Under the pieces are notes generated by a model. The model did no database searches. It was not told the origin of the DNA and saw only the letters and a program-made list of their open reading frames with translations. Made by a program: the position numbers and the translations under genes. A stretch of 60,742 nt of DNA, the filler included, from Dimargaris cristalligena (Eukaryota): NCBI GenBank assembly GCA_003614675.1. It is 7 parts of 7 records of this genome, joined end to end, with 100 filler letters (N's around TTAATTAATTAA, not from the genome) between each part and the next. Parts side by side here need not be neighbours in the genome. Positions count along the whole stretch, not along the records: positions 26,157 to 34,736 come from ML003318.1; positions 34,837 to 43,414 come from ML003319.1; positions 43,515 to 52,091 come from ML003320.1; 4 more parts are not named here. The stretch is one strand, 5' to 3'. Of the stretch, positions 33,966 through 46,573 are shown piece after piece (position 1 is the stretch's first letter; every line of letters begins with the position of its first letter).

Positions 33966-34400
33966 TTTAGTTGAATTTTTCAAATCTAGTCTAAAACATG
34001 GATGATTCCCCATGAGCAACTGACTATACAAGTACAATTAGGCTGTGGTGGATAGTTGTGCCTTCATGGTTTATTAACGAGGTGACTTTCCAAGTTGGCA
34101 GGGGTAGTGTGATATTAGCATGTGTGTTTCGGACTATTGGATAAATCAAGGTAAGCGTGAGTTAATACCAAAGGCAAAGTTCCCAGGCATGGTTGGTTCA
34201 ACCGATAATAGGCACAGTGTGACGTTCGAATTGACAGTCAAGGAAACTTAGGCTACTGAAGGTAGTTGGAAAAATCGAGTACCGCCTCAGACGACGAGGG
34301 CCGACGTGAATGGGGGCGAGAGTGTCCGGTCCCACCCCCACTCGGGGAGGGCATCGAATGAAAGGCCGCATTCTCCCCCGTCTGCGTTGAAAATGCACCG

Positions 34401-34736
34401 TTATTCGGGGTGGTGAATGGGCCTGGAGGGGCGGAGGTCGCAGGGGGGTGTAGGTCCGCGTCCACCTCCACCGCCGCTCTCCACGGGAGCCTTGGAGCCA
34501 CCACCCCCATTGACCTGGTGATCTCCGCTTGTCTGCTGCGCAGCGAGGGCCCGCTCCTTGATCATTTTAATTTGGCGGAGCCGCTCACGCCAGTTTGACA
34601 CATACTCCGTACCGTCCAACACCCCGCTCTGCAGAAATACCTGTGTAAAAATATTGGCGTGCAAAGCGACTTGCCGAGTAAAAGGGGCAATAGCTTCTTC
34701 GGTCATGATCTTGGAGTCGATGATGGGGCTCTGGCC
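34401..34736 (-). CDS. TSC2: 3' end of tuberin (TSC2, Rheb GAP), 5'-truncated by gap
   Basis: SPIIDSKIMTEEAIAPFTRQVALHANIFTQVF...EYVSNWRERLRQIKMI matches the tuberin post-GAP C-terminus (human, from memory: [25 protein letters not shown]...YPSKWIARLRHIKRL). The frame is open up to the gap. Confidence 0.82.
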   Translation of the reverse strand, partial: GQSPIIDSKIMTEEAIAPFTRQVALHANIFTQVFLQSGVLDGTEYVSNWRERLRQIKMIKERALAAQQTSGDHQVNGGGGSKAPVESGGGGGRGPTPPCDLRPSRPIHHPE

Positions 34737-34836
34737 NNNNNNNNNNNNNNNNNNNNNNNNNNNNNNNNNNNNNNNNNNNNTTAATTAATTAANNNNNNNN
34801 NNNNNNNNNNNNNNNNNNNNNNNNNNNNNNNNNNNN
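34737..34836. other. Artificial contig linker
   Basis: N44-TTAATTAATTAA-N44. Confidence 0.98.
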
Positions 34837-34949
34837 GGGTTGATAAAGAGGCCATTGCCTCTACGCGAATTCCGAAGGCCGCTGGCAATAGGCCGGATGC
34901 CCCGGGTAGTACACATAGGGGGTTGGTTCAACAGAGGACATAATTATAT

Positions 34950-37250
34950 ATCAAGGTCTCCTAAATAAAAGTTTGTAACTGTAAAGACTAAGTTGGGCTA
35001 AGTAACTATAAAGAAATAATGGGAATACTGAATTGGGTAGGTTGGAAGTAAAAGACAAGATTAAAGTAATTGAATAGTAATAATTATTATTTATTTAAAA
35101 GATAATGAGCTATAGTCAGTCATCTAGGCAGGGTATTATTAGTCCTCTGAGAAGAGGCATTGTTCTTGTGCCATTAAGGTATGGATGTCCTCCTCCAGAG
35201 GGGGGAATTAGTAGTTCACACCATTGTCCAGCAGGTCTCCATTACTTGGATGGGGGCTACTATGGGAATGACTGACCTCCTCCCTCTGAGTGGTAATAGT
35301 CTCCCTTGGTTACACTATGACCTATACTATGTAAAATTCTTCTCCAATTATAAAATACCTACCTCTAATTTCCACAAAACTTTTTCTTTCACAATCTTCT
35401 TCAACTTAATCCCAATAAATGCATCATCAAACCCCCATAAACCCTTGTAATCGATAGGAAATATAAAGGAATTAATACAGTATATTCTAGATATTGTAAA
35501 TACAAACAAGTATAAGTTTCTAAAGTGACTGAGAAGATATTGTATATAAAATAATGGCACTAATTATATATAAAAAACTGTGCAGTAAAGTATAGTCAAA
35601 ATATGGAGTGAAGAGTCAATTAGAGACAGGATGCCTTATTTTATATCAGTTTAAGCTATGCTTACAAAGGGAAGGAATAGGGGATATTAATTGGTATAGA
35701 ATATCTCTAACTAATATAGTATACTAATAAATAATAATAATATATCTCCAAAATACCCTAGAAGGAATAAATGGGGCCAAATTCCACCCAATATATCTAA
35801 TACCATCAGTTGTTTTTATTATTTTGATTAAACTTTGAAATAATACCTATACTCTTCTACAATCCTATACTTAGCTTATGGATATTTAATGCCCTTTTTG
35901 TAGCTCTAGATGGCCTTTTTGATTTTCCAACTAGGGCTATTTAGGCCATTGTCAGCCTTTCTAAGCTGATTTATGGGTTATATAGTACCCCAACTATAAC
36001 TCATTCAACTTATGGTTTGGCACAATCCACCAAGCCCCATTAAGCAGATAAATATATTCATATTTTTATTACTATTATATCCCATTTAAATTATTCTTTC
36101 CTAAATCTTCCCAGGAGCTAACCCTATAGGCCTAGGAGAAACTATTCAAAGATCTGGGCTTAGTTACTACCTTAACAATCTACCCAGTATATTATTAGAA
36201 TTTATTATTTTAGGTAATTATGTTTACCCCTCTTAGTGGGCTTAGATTTATATTTTACTAAGGTATTAGATATATAGCTAGATATTATCAACTATATCTC
36301 TAATAAAAATCAGTCTTATCTATACAAGAAAGGTATTTTATAGAGTCTGTACTTTCTTTCTGGGGGAAGGAGTTGGGGGGGTATTTATATTTTTTCATAA
36401 CATATAGTAAGGCCTCCTCCTTCATTCACTTTTACAGTATTATTATTCAGTTTACAATATACCAGAATATATACTTCTATAATATATATGGGCTTATTTT
36501 ACTCCAAAATATTTTCCCACCTCATTACCTAGTTTAACAATTTCTGTATTTTCTCACTCTCTTTTTATATTATATTATATGTAACTAATAGGAACTGGGC
36601 TTGGTTTATATATACTAATATATTTGTATTATATTAATAGTTTGTATTGATAAAATCCTCTTGGGAATTACCCCCATTTAGCCATCCCCTACCTTCCTAT
36701 TTATACTAATACCATAACTCACACTGTATACTACATATACCACTATCCATTGTTATATTATATTACCTAGTGATTTACTCTTTAATAAGGCAAACTGATA
36801 GGAATCACTAACCTCATAAATCCCAGGCCAGCTGTGTATTTTAGTAGCCATGTTCCCCTCTGATACAATAAGTTGCCTACTATGGATCTGGCTTTCAAAA
36901 CCACACATAATATAGTCAGGGGACATATCAAAACTACTACTATGATTGCTGTATGCTAACCATGACCATGTCAATATATGTGACCCTATAGTCCCTTCTG
37001 AAGGTCCCTTGATACCACTATATTCTGCTATTAATTAGGGCCTTATTTTAGTGGCTAACTTCTGCAAAGGTTCAAGAGGGATGTATTCCCTTGCTAGGCC
37101 AAAGAGCTACACTTGCTTCCTCAATACCCCAGCTAATTCCAGCCACAATTTAGTTATATCTAGTAGTAATTTATTATTTCCCCCTATTTCGCACTATATG
37201 ACTACTCATAACCCATCTCTTGATTATATAAACTATTTATTTGACCCCTG
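34950..37250. mobile_element. Heavily mutated AT-rich repeat relic(s), including an LTR-like segment at 35134-35320
   Basis: Near-absence of CpG, TpA enrichment and stop-riddled frames. 35134-35320 (minus strand) aligns by eye with 21290-21477. Confidence 0.6.
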
Positions 37251-38169
37251 TTGTTGATTAGTTCGCCTTCTTATTATTTATCCCTACACTATTCATCAAT
37301 TAACCCATATAGTACTATTCGTCCTTTTATCAATACACTTCGTAGTATCCCCCCTCTATACCAACTAGTTCGGCGGCTATGACGATTCTTTATACACCAA
37401 ACTCGGACCATGACGCTTGCCCATTCCTCTTGACAGGGAACTGATGAACGGTCAAACGGCCCCACCGTTGAAGTAAATGCCATCTAAACGTTAGTATAAG
37501 ACTATGAATGGTGTACCCGAGTGTAGACCATAGTCCAAGTACAGCCCGAGTCTTCGAAAGTGTAGTAGACCCAGTGGGAACACCCCAAGACGAGCCATTT
37601 GCCTGAACGGAGTGGTCCTCGCCAACTTGAATAGTACCTAAACGAATACGTCGCACGGCAAAGGCGGGGGGGCCCTGAGCTAATTAGTGGTGGGCATAAA
37701 CTGGTGTCGATCCCAACGGGCCATTGGAAGTCCAATGGAGCATTCGGAATCAGTGACTTCGGCATGGTGCCCAGGGACGAGCGTAAAATGTCAACGGCGC
37801 CCTTAGTGACAGGGCGGGCATTGAGCGAGCACCACACCGCACTCCATAGGAATGGGGCTCGCGTTGGTTTTTCCGAGGCCCTACGTCCAGGCAGTTGGGT
37901 ATAAACAGGCGACGAGCTACCCACATCAAGTCAGGAAGGCCAGCTGTCCATCGGCTAGATCAGAAAGCTATTGCGGCCTTCATCGACAAAAACAAAGTAT
38001 ACCATAACAATAACGACTCTGGAAACCCGATTTTATTGAAACTGTTGTTAAATGATCGTGTAAACTAAGCCCGATGGGGCAGCTCCGTAACTGCCCCGTA
38101 CTCGTGTAGGGAATTGATAGAGAAAATGAAAAACCAGAAAACGAACCAGAACAGGCGGTCGGCGTATTT

Positions 38170-39345
38170 CGCAACCAGTCGATGGGCGGAGGCAAGCGGC
38201 GCATAGGACCACCGTGGGTTCGTTTGGCATCCTGACTGGCATCGTGGGACGGTGCTGACGGCCCCGTGGTGGCTTTGCGTTTGGCAGAGGTGCCGAGGGG
38301 GCTCACAATACTGACCACGCTGGAACTAGAGCTCCCCTTGGCAATCTGGGACTGGGTCTGGGACTAGTCCCGCGTTTCTTTGCCAATTTCGTACTGCCGC
38401 AAATACAACAAATTGACCTCGGCCCGCTGTTGTTTACGGATAACCCACTGACCCTCCCAGCCATCATCGTCGTCCAGGGACAGGTTCACGGGGGCCCACT
38501 CGTCGTTTTCGGCGGCAATCGTGTCGGGATTAATGAGCCAGTTGGCGGAGGCAGGGAGTTCGCGGCGCTTAAGCGAGGTAGCCGGGGCACCGGTCGGTTC
38601 AATGTCGCCATTCTCACTTTGGTCGTTGTCGAGGGCGGAACCGGCTGGGGCGGGAGGGGCCAGGAGACTGGGCGGCGCCGCAATAGTCACCTGGGACTGC
38701 ACCAGTCGGAAGGAGGTGTAACACTTCTTGATGACTTTAATGAGCATACCCATAATCTGGTTAGACGGTAGATTCAGCTCCTTCTCCAAATCGCTGACGC
38801 TCTTGCATTGGAGGCCAATGGCCAGGAGGATTCTGTTCGGGATGGCGGACAGGGTGAGAGACGGGTACTCCTCGGTGTCGCCGTCCTGCTTAGCGGACAG
38901 GTCAATGATGCGGTGATTAAAGTAGAGGCCGACCAGGGCAGACAGCAGATCCATAACGACATGGTAGTCGAGCAGGTTGTTGCTGTAGCTCTCCCGGTGC
39001 TTGAGGTCAAACGGGGTCAACTCGCGGAATAGTTCGGCCCGGTTATTCACGAGGGGCTGGTTCGATGGCGCGGCGGTGGCTTGGCCCGAGGCGGCCAGGG
39101 CATCGGTGTCGCTGGGGTTCACGTTGTTCATGAGGCCAAGGGCCGTCACCGAGGTTAAGTCGCGGAACTGGTAGGCCAGCAGGTAGATGAGCCGGCGTCG
39201 GCAGTGCGGGGTAAAGACTGGTAGTCAACCATCGGATACCACCACGGCCTGGCGGGCGGCGTCGCTGGGGAGAGGGTTCGCAGCGTCACACAGGTGTGTT
39301 CGCCCGTCAAGGCATGGGCGGTTTGGCGGAGGTAGGCGGGGAGTG
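38170..39345 (-). pseudogene. KRE33: 5'-truncated KRE33/NAT10 (RNA cytidine acetyltransferase) pseudogene
   Basis: Reads PAYLRQT..LTGEHTC, a frameshift near 39267, TGA at 39227-39225 where Trp is expected, then RRRLIYLLAYQFR, LTPFDLK, LLDYHVVMDL and ILLAIGLQCKSV..LEKELNLPSNQ. A TAG at 38366-38364 (Trp expected) is followed in frame by VVSI..KRK. The helicase and GNAT domains are absent. Confidence 0.85.
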
Positions 39346-40603
39346 CTCTGACACGCTAACAAAACTAATGAAGACTGGTGGTGAGGCCGTACGACATCTT
39401 CAAGGACTGGAGTCAGGGTTGGCCGATTGCAACAAAGTGTAGTCCAAGGGATCAAACCAAGCGGGGGCTTTAAGCTCTCGGGACTGGGTAACATCGGGGG
39501 AATAGTCGAGCGAGCGCAGGTCACACCACCAATTGCCCGAATGGGTCTCGGTCTGGTACTGGGTGCGTTTATCCGGGGTTAACGAGCGCCATAGCCACAA
39601 GAAGAGGAATCAACGCTGTAAGGGGGTGTAGGTAAGTCGCAGGGGCCAGTGATCCAAAGTTCTACGAAATGTGCCTGGCCGCAGTAGCACCCGGGGCGTC
39701 TGGGTCTTCCGACACCGTTGGTATTGCGCCAGGCCAGTAACTCGAGTCTGTCCATGTGTGCCGGGGTTACAGAATTGGGTATTCGGAAGTGACGGGGGAG
39801 TTGGGAGGTTCGCCGCGGCAGTACATGTGGGGAATACCTAAATAAATAAGCAATGGGTGAAGAGGAAGGCGCCCTGGCACGGGGGTGCGCGGTGCCATCG
39901 TAGTCGGTTGCTTTGTTAAGCGCGGGCCACGGTGGAGTAGGAAAAGGGAGACAGCTAGACCAAACAACCCTCTCCCCGTTGAACCAGAAGGGGTTGAGAG
40001 CAACTGGACTAAAGTGGGCAAGCGGCAATACAATACTCTAATAGCGACTGTGCTGCTGCTCTACGGGGCACTCTGAAAGAGTGTTAAAGTGCGAGAGTCG
40101 TAATAGGTGGGGGAGACTAAAGTGGTTCACGTGACCCTTTCGCAGCCCGGATTAGTAGGGAAAGATGTGATCGAGGGGAAGAGCATTGGTTAGTAATAAT
40201 ATCCACTGATTATCCAACTATACATGCTGCTTTTTTTTTCACTTACGCCATTAATGACGGTTGTGTTGGATATGCCATATTCACACCCACCCTACCTTAC
40301 CTTAGCTACAAAGGTCCAGTGGCCTGGTGTCTTGACAGCCTAAAGCTTCCCCATTCCCGTTTCCCTGTCTTCCTCCCGTTAGCCCTGGATTCCCCTGCCT
40401 GTTCCTTGTTGTACCCCCATTAACCCGCATCGCCTCTTCTCCCCCAACCCGCTAGTAAAGCCCTTTCGCCCGCCCGAAGCCCCCGACTTGCCCATTCGTC
40501 TGCCCCACCGCACCACTTCCGAGGTCCGCCTACAGTTGATTCGCCGCCCGGAAACGCCCTCTTCTGCGACTGCGGCCCCTCCCCCACTTTCTTATATTAT
40601 GCA

Positions 40604-43414
40604 ATGTTCCCCAACCGGACCGCCCCTTCCAAACCCCCCCAGCCCTCCGCCAACATGAAACCCCGGGACCTCGCCTCTGACCTCAAACCGCGGGTGCGCT
40701 TCCAGGACGATGGCCGCAGCACCGGTCCTGCCCACAGCAACGCTTCCCTAGCCGACGAACTCCGGGTTATGGAGGGCGGCGTGGGCCAGGCCCCGGACAC
40801 CACGATACCTATCCACAGCTCCTTGGGTAGCCGCAGCGACAGCGAAGACGACAACGACGACGGGGGCAACGGCAAACTCGACCGGCTGTCCATGATGACG
40901 GCGTACGTATCCAACGCCTTGCGTGATTTTAAAATCGGCAATACCGCCACCTACAACGAAATTATCGCCGAAATATCCTATTCGAACCCGACTGCCAAGC
41001 AGCCCCAGTCCATGACCCAGTTTATGGCCCCGGGCCGGGGAGAGGCCGGCCTGACCTCCCAGCAATTTTTTGCCTGGATGGTGGCCTTCACCCGCACAGT
41101 ATCCAAGCTGGATGCCCAGTGCCACCTCTTGGTCCACACCATCCTCCAGCTACCCTGGACTTCGCAACCCCAGTCCATTGTAGCCATCTATGTACAATTC
41201 CTCGGCAACCTGGTTTCGGCCCAACCCCACCACTGCCCTGTGGTGCTCGACGCGGTGGTCCAACTGCTGACCCTTAACCCACTCCTCCGGCCCTCCCGCC
41301 TGTCGCCCAGCGCTGCTCAGGCCACCGGCTCCGCCTCGCCGGCCATGCTGCAACTGGAGCAGTCCAATCGGGCCCACCGGGCGCTGCAGCACATTTTATC
41401 CATTGTGCCCACCGCCCTCACGACCCTGTACCCCATCCTAGTCCTCTATTTCCCCCACAAGCATCACTCGTGCAGCAACCACCGCCACTACCTGCAGAAT
41501 TTACTACGCATCATCGACTACGCCCCCAACCTGCGGCACCAGGTTCTCAGTCTAGTGATTGACCGGATCATCCAAATCGACGTCGAGATTCAAGTTGAAC
41601 GGGAAGAGGCCGGGTCGGAGTCCGAGGAGGAATCTTCCGAGGACGAAAACGAGAACGAGCCCAACCTAGGCGGCCCCGAACAACGGCGCCCACACGGCAC
41701 CCCCACCAGCGGGGTCTTCACCATGGACGATCTAGGGGAGGACTCCAACGCCCCCGACAACCCGGACGACGATGACTCCGACGACGACTTCAACTTCGTG
41801 CCCTCCGGAATGGACCAGTCCGAAGCCATGGATAAGCTGGATGCCATGCTCCGCCTGCTGTTCCGCTATTTCACCCGGTTCCACTACCGCCTGGACCCCG
41901 CCCACCCCACTACCCGGGAGGACTGCCACCGCCTGCAACTCCAAAAGTCGCTCCGCCAGGAGTTCTTCCACATTGTGCTGGACATTTTCGAGACCATCGT
42001 TTTAACCACTTTCAAATCGCGCTACACCCAGTTCCTTATGTTCCACCAGTGCGCCCTTGACCCCACCTTCCCCGATATATTCCTCGGCACCCTGATTTCC
42101 AAACTCTGCGACTACCCAGTTGACTCGGGCCTGGCTACGAGCGCCAGTAAGAAGACCCAGAACTCGGACGTCATGCGCATTGCTGTGGCCGCCTACACGT
42201 CCAGCTTCGTGGCCCGTGCGCAGTACGTTAATCCCAGCATGGTGCGCACCACCGTGGGCCTACTCTCCCAGTGGGCCCTGGCCTACCTGGAGCAGTACGA
42301 GAAACTGAATTTTATCCTGGCCACCCAGTATGCCGCCGCCAACCGCCGCACCTCGGCGGGGGACAGCCGGGGCGGGGTAAGCCATTCTTCGACGCCGAGT
42401 TACAGCGGACCGAACCCGCGGACCAGCTCCGGGTCTCCCTTACGGACCGCCCTTGACTACCGGCAGGGGTCTGGCACCCATGCCGGGGCCCCGCCCACGC
42501 CGGCCCTCTCGCGCTCGGCGTCCACCTCGTCCATCCCCACGACCCTACCCCCCAATATGGCCGTGTCGCCCGAGAAACACGCCGTCTTCTACGCGGTAGT
42601 TCAGGCGATCATGTATATTTTCTGTTTCCGCTGGCGCGACCTGGTTGCCGAATCCCCGGCCCACCACCGGGCCCAACCCCCGGCGGGCTCGCACGACCTG
42701 TCCCCCGTCAACCCGCTCTCTGCGCCCACCTCCACGGCCCCCATTCAGGGCAGCAGCGGATTGCCCCGGGGCCCGGACGCCTGGTGCGACGAGCTGAAAG
42801 AGCTGCCGCGCATTGTCACCTGCTCCCTCCACCCCCTGCACTACTGTGCCGCCTCCGTCAGCAAGCAGTTCACTAGAATGAGCAAGCAACTGAACTTCAT
42901 GTACTGCTACTCGCACCTACAGCCGGGGGGCGGCAGCTCCACCCCCACCACCGATGCCGGCCCCGCGCCGACGGTGCTGAAAGCGGATAACCAGCCCGTC
43001 CTGCACACCGACCTCAACACCTTCTTCCCCTACGACCCTTTCAATCTGTATAGGTCGGCCGAATACATTGAGTCGATTTACAAGCACTGGGACAATAGCT
43101 CCCTAGGCCCCCGATCGGAGGACGAGGAAGATTCCAGCTCCGAAGAGGAAGAGTCGGAGACGGACGAATCCGACGATGAACTGGCCCAGCCGGATACGGG
43201 TGCCAAGACGGCGGCCCTCCCGCACGCGCACTCTGCCACCCCCCAACGGCGGGACCCGCCGCCGAGCATTAGTTTAACCCGGCCCATCGGGGCTAGTCCG
43301 GCCACAGCCTACATTGGCGAACGGTTTACGTCCATGTCCATTTCCCCCAACCCGCCCTACCACATGGGTCCACCCACATTAACTGGCCACGCCCCCGTAG
43401 CGATCCCCAATACC
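40604..43414 (+). CDS. RRN3: RNA polymerase I initiation factor RRN3/TIF-IA (last codons lost in gap)
   Basis: FPHK, IIQIDVEIQ plus acidic loop, KLDAML, TFKSRYTQFLMF, AAYTSSFVARA, FYAVVQAIMYIFCFRWRDL, FFPYDPF. Confidence 0.94.
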
Positions 43415-43514
43415 NNNNNNNNNNNNNNNNNNNNNNNNNNNNNNNNNNNNNNNNNNNNTTAATTAATTAANNNNNNNNNNNNNNNNNNNNNNNNNNNNNN
43501 NNNNNNNNNNNNNN
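43415..43514. other. Artificial contig linker
   Basis: N44-TTAATTAATTAA-N44. Confidence 0.98.
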
Positions 43515-46500
43515 GAGTTTACGAATATATCTGGCTAATGATGATATCAAATATAAATGCGAATGATATTTGATGTATTTCTCACTTGCTATGATATTGC
43601 AAGGCTATAAAATAATAAATCAGGACTTCGTTGATAAAAGGATATAAAAATAGAAAAGGAATACTATGGTTAACTAAGTGGTCTCAGGTCCTACCACAAC
43701 ATATTTATTTAGGCGATATAAAATATATATACATAACTACTAAAACCAATACTGCCTTCCATTTAAATAGTTATTTACTACCTTGCGCGTTACATTATAA
43801 TGACCACCACCAAGGCCGTGTTATATTTCCGTTAGTACCTGTTTAATGATGCCCTTGTGGGGCGATATGTCTCGCCACTGCGACTGGGAAGAAAAAAATG
43901 GATGTTATCTATATAAAAAAACTATTAACTATTGTAATCAACCAAAATGAGCAAACAATTGTAGTTTTGCCTATTAATTATTTTTAGGCCCTTCCGTTTC
44001 AATTATTTAAACATTTATAGTGTGTAATTAGTCGGTTATCGGCGTAAATTTAATTACAACCTCACGAAATTGCACACTTTATAGGAATATAAATGTCACC
44101 TGTATATGGCGGGGAACTGAAAGACATGCCAAAATCGCTGGTAATAACTCACGCAATGTTGTATGAAGGATAGTTACAACCGATTGACTGGATTATGTTA
44201 TGCCTTTTTTTTGCTGAAAGTGATGGGTATTGACTTAATAATGAACCCAAAAAAGACACTGCATATCACTGTTTCTGCCAGTGCTATAATTCACCAAAAC
44301 TGTAATGCATGGTGTATCAAATGTTAGACAATCGCCTAGGATAGATATCCCGTCGATTTCTGGAAGACACGTAGCTGTTCCGTTTCCACATATAACATTC
44401 AATATTACCGGAATGTTCACTCATTTCAGTCAGCATAAAGGTAGGGTATATCGTATAGAGTCCTAGTCATTTCCCAAAAAAGGTTGTATCATACCGCCTA
44501 CCATGGGATTACCCTACTGATGTGTTGTTCATATTCCGGGCTGCTTACAATCTTTTGATCATAATGTCCATCCGGAAATAATCACTGATATAGTTAAATT
44601 AATATTTCCAGCATGAATGCCAACTAGGTGTGGTTAGCTTATTGTATATTCACATATCCCCAAAACGTTAAATGTGTTTATATCAACCTGTATTGACTAG
44701 ATGATAATAAAAATAGCAAACCCACATTTATTAAATGGCTTTTAGGGAAGTTGCGGTAACTATCACCGCAGTATCCCACAGGAATATCACTTGTGCCACT
44801 CCCCAGTTCTTGTATTGGTTTCTATCTCTTCAATTGAGTGATAGTTTCAAGTAGGTTGGGTATATTCATATTATAGATCCGAAAGAAACCCATTAATTTC
44901 CTTTTACATCATTGTTTACTCCATATGGCCCACATACCTTAGAGCGTGTGTGACGATTATTTACCATCTCTCTCCCCACCCTCACACGCAAGTTAGCCCA
45001 AAATGACTTACTCAGGTTTCCCAGCGCAATGAAAGATCTTTGACCAAGTCTTAATTCCCAATTTACTTGATCATTTCCACAATTATACATGGGCAACCCG
45101 TTAAAAATCTAATGAACCTACCCAGGCAGTCAAATCATCGATAATAGCCGTTTCTGGATAACACGCCAATGTACAGCAAACACCTGGGTGAAACTCAATT
45201 CAACTGTACAATATTTTGACAACAATATTTATGGTCAAATGGGCGGGATATTTGGTTTTGACTAGTAATTACCAGTCTATAAAAAAGTATACTTATTTAT
45301 GCAGCTGGATTGAACACATCCCACCCTAACTTGACCCAAATCAGAAGGTGTTATCGATATTCCACCAAACTGTCGGTTTATGTCGGGTATTTTTTACTTA
45401 GAAACACTGACCTGGAGAGATCAGCGGCCCCCTCACTGTGGTAAAGAGTTGGGAGAGGGCAGGGGAGAGTGTGAGAGGGGGTTTGGTGAATGTTTATCCG
45501 CGCGTTACCTCTCTACAACCAATAGCTACCAAGTTCACCCCCTTAACTGTCCCCACCCAGTGAGCTGACTTGGAGGAAGACAGATCTACGACAGCCCCCA
45601 TTTGCACCAAGACAATCATACCAAATTAGACTAAATGACCAGGACGGGGAAAATCGGAGTTAGAACTCAGTTGCCAAGGGATGGTAACCGCCGCCCACTT
45701 GCTTGCACAGGCCCAGTGTTTCATCCCAAGATGGCCAGTATTGGAAATAGCCCAGAATATAGTTATAAAAAGGGACATCCCTTAAAATTTAGTGGGTATG
45801 GCCTGATAACCTTTTTGTACATTTTGATTTATATCTTAATTACTACAGTCCTCATATTAAGCCTTCATTTTCCCAAGCCTTATCCTATCATTTCTTATCC
45901 ATGGGTTGCCTCAGATCTTACTAGCCCAGTCATTTAACAAGCGATGGTTCCTCCTAGCCCGGCTGATGGCTAAATCAGATGCTTTACAAGACACATGTCT
46001 TGTTTTACTAATTTATTTTGAACATCGCTCCGCACTGCCCGTTGCTCTTCCTTAATTCTCTCTGAAGCAGCCTCGGTATTTCTGAATTGTCAGTATTTTC
46101 TCTCTCAGGATCCCCCAGGATAATTGGGGAGAACATAGTAACACAGTGGTAAAATGCTTCGAAATGAAAGTGTTTTAATCGGCTAGCACAACCATCCGAC
46201 AGAGAAGGACTAAGGGAACACAAGCCCTGGGCGAGGGCTGCCATTGGTTATAGACGGAATACCAAAATTGAACTTATAGGAGAGAGAGGGGGGCTGGGGA
46301 GCCAGTGTTGGGTCAAGTAAATAGAGTTGGTAGGTATAGATAAATAAATCAGAAAAGAATGGGGAAGCTGACGGGATTTAATTTTGAAACGGGCAATTGT
46401 ATCATGGAGCCTTACCGCCTATTGACGAATTGGAGATCAACAAAACACACTCTGCCAAAGCCTTCCCTCGGTTTCCAAGGATTTAAATACCGCTCTCTCC

Positions 46501-46573
46501 CATGCGTTAACTGTCATTTTTTACTCCTTTACTCTTAATATAACTCCACTTCCTATCCTAACCACCTGTCGCC

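Noticed and set aside
39540-39600. LWRSLTPDKRTQYQ resembles HMG-box helix 3
   Set aside because: No upstream HMG helices in frame and a stop just upstream; too short to call.
40231-40244. TTTTTTTTTCACTT upstream of RRN3, resembling an RRPE element
   Set aside because: Imperfect match and indistinguishable from an ordinary poly(T) tract without comparative data.
3314-43414. Apparent nutrient-signalling supercluster (RasGEF, GCN2, Raptor, TSC2, RRN3)
   Set aside because: The genes lie on different size-sorted contigs separated by artificial linkers. Only TSC2-KOG1 is physically linked.
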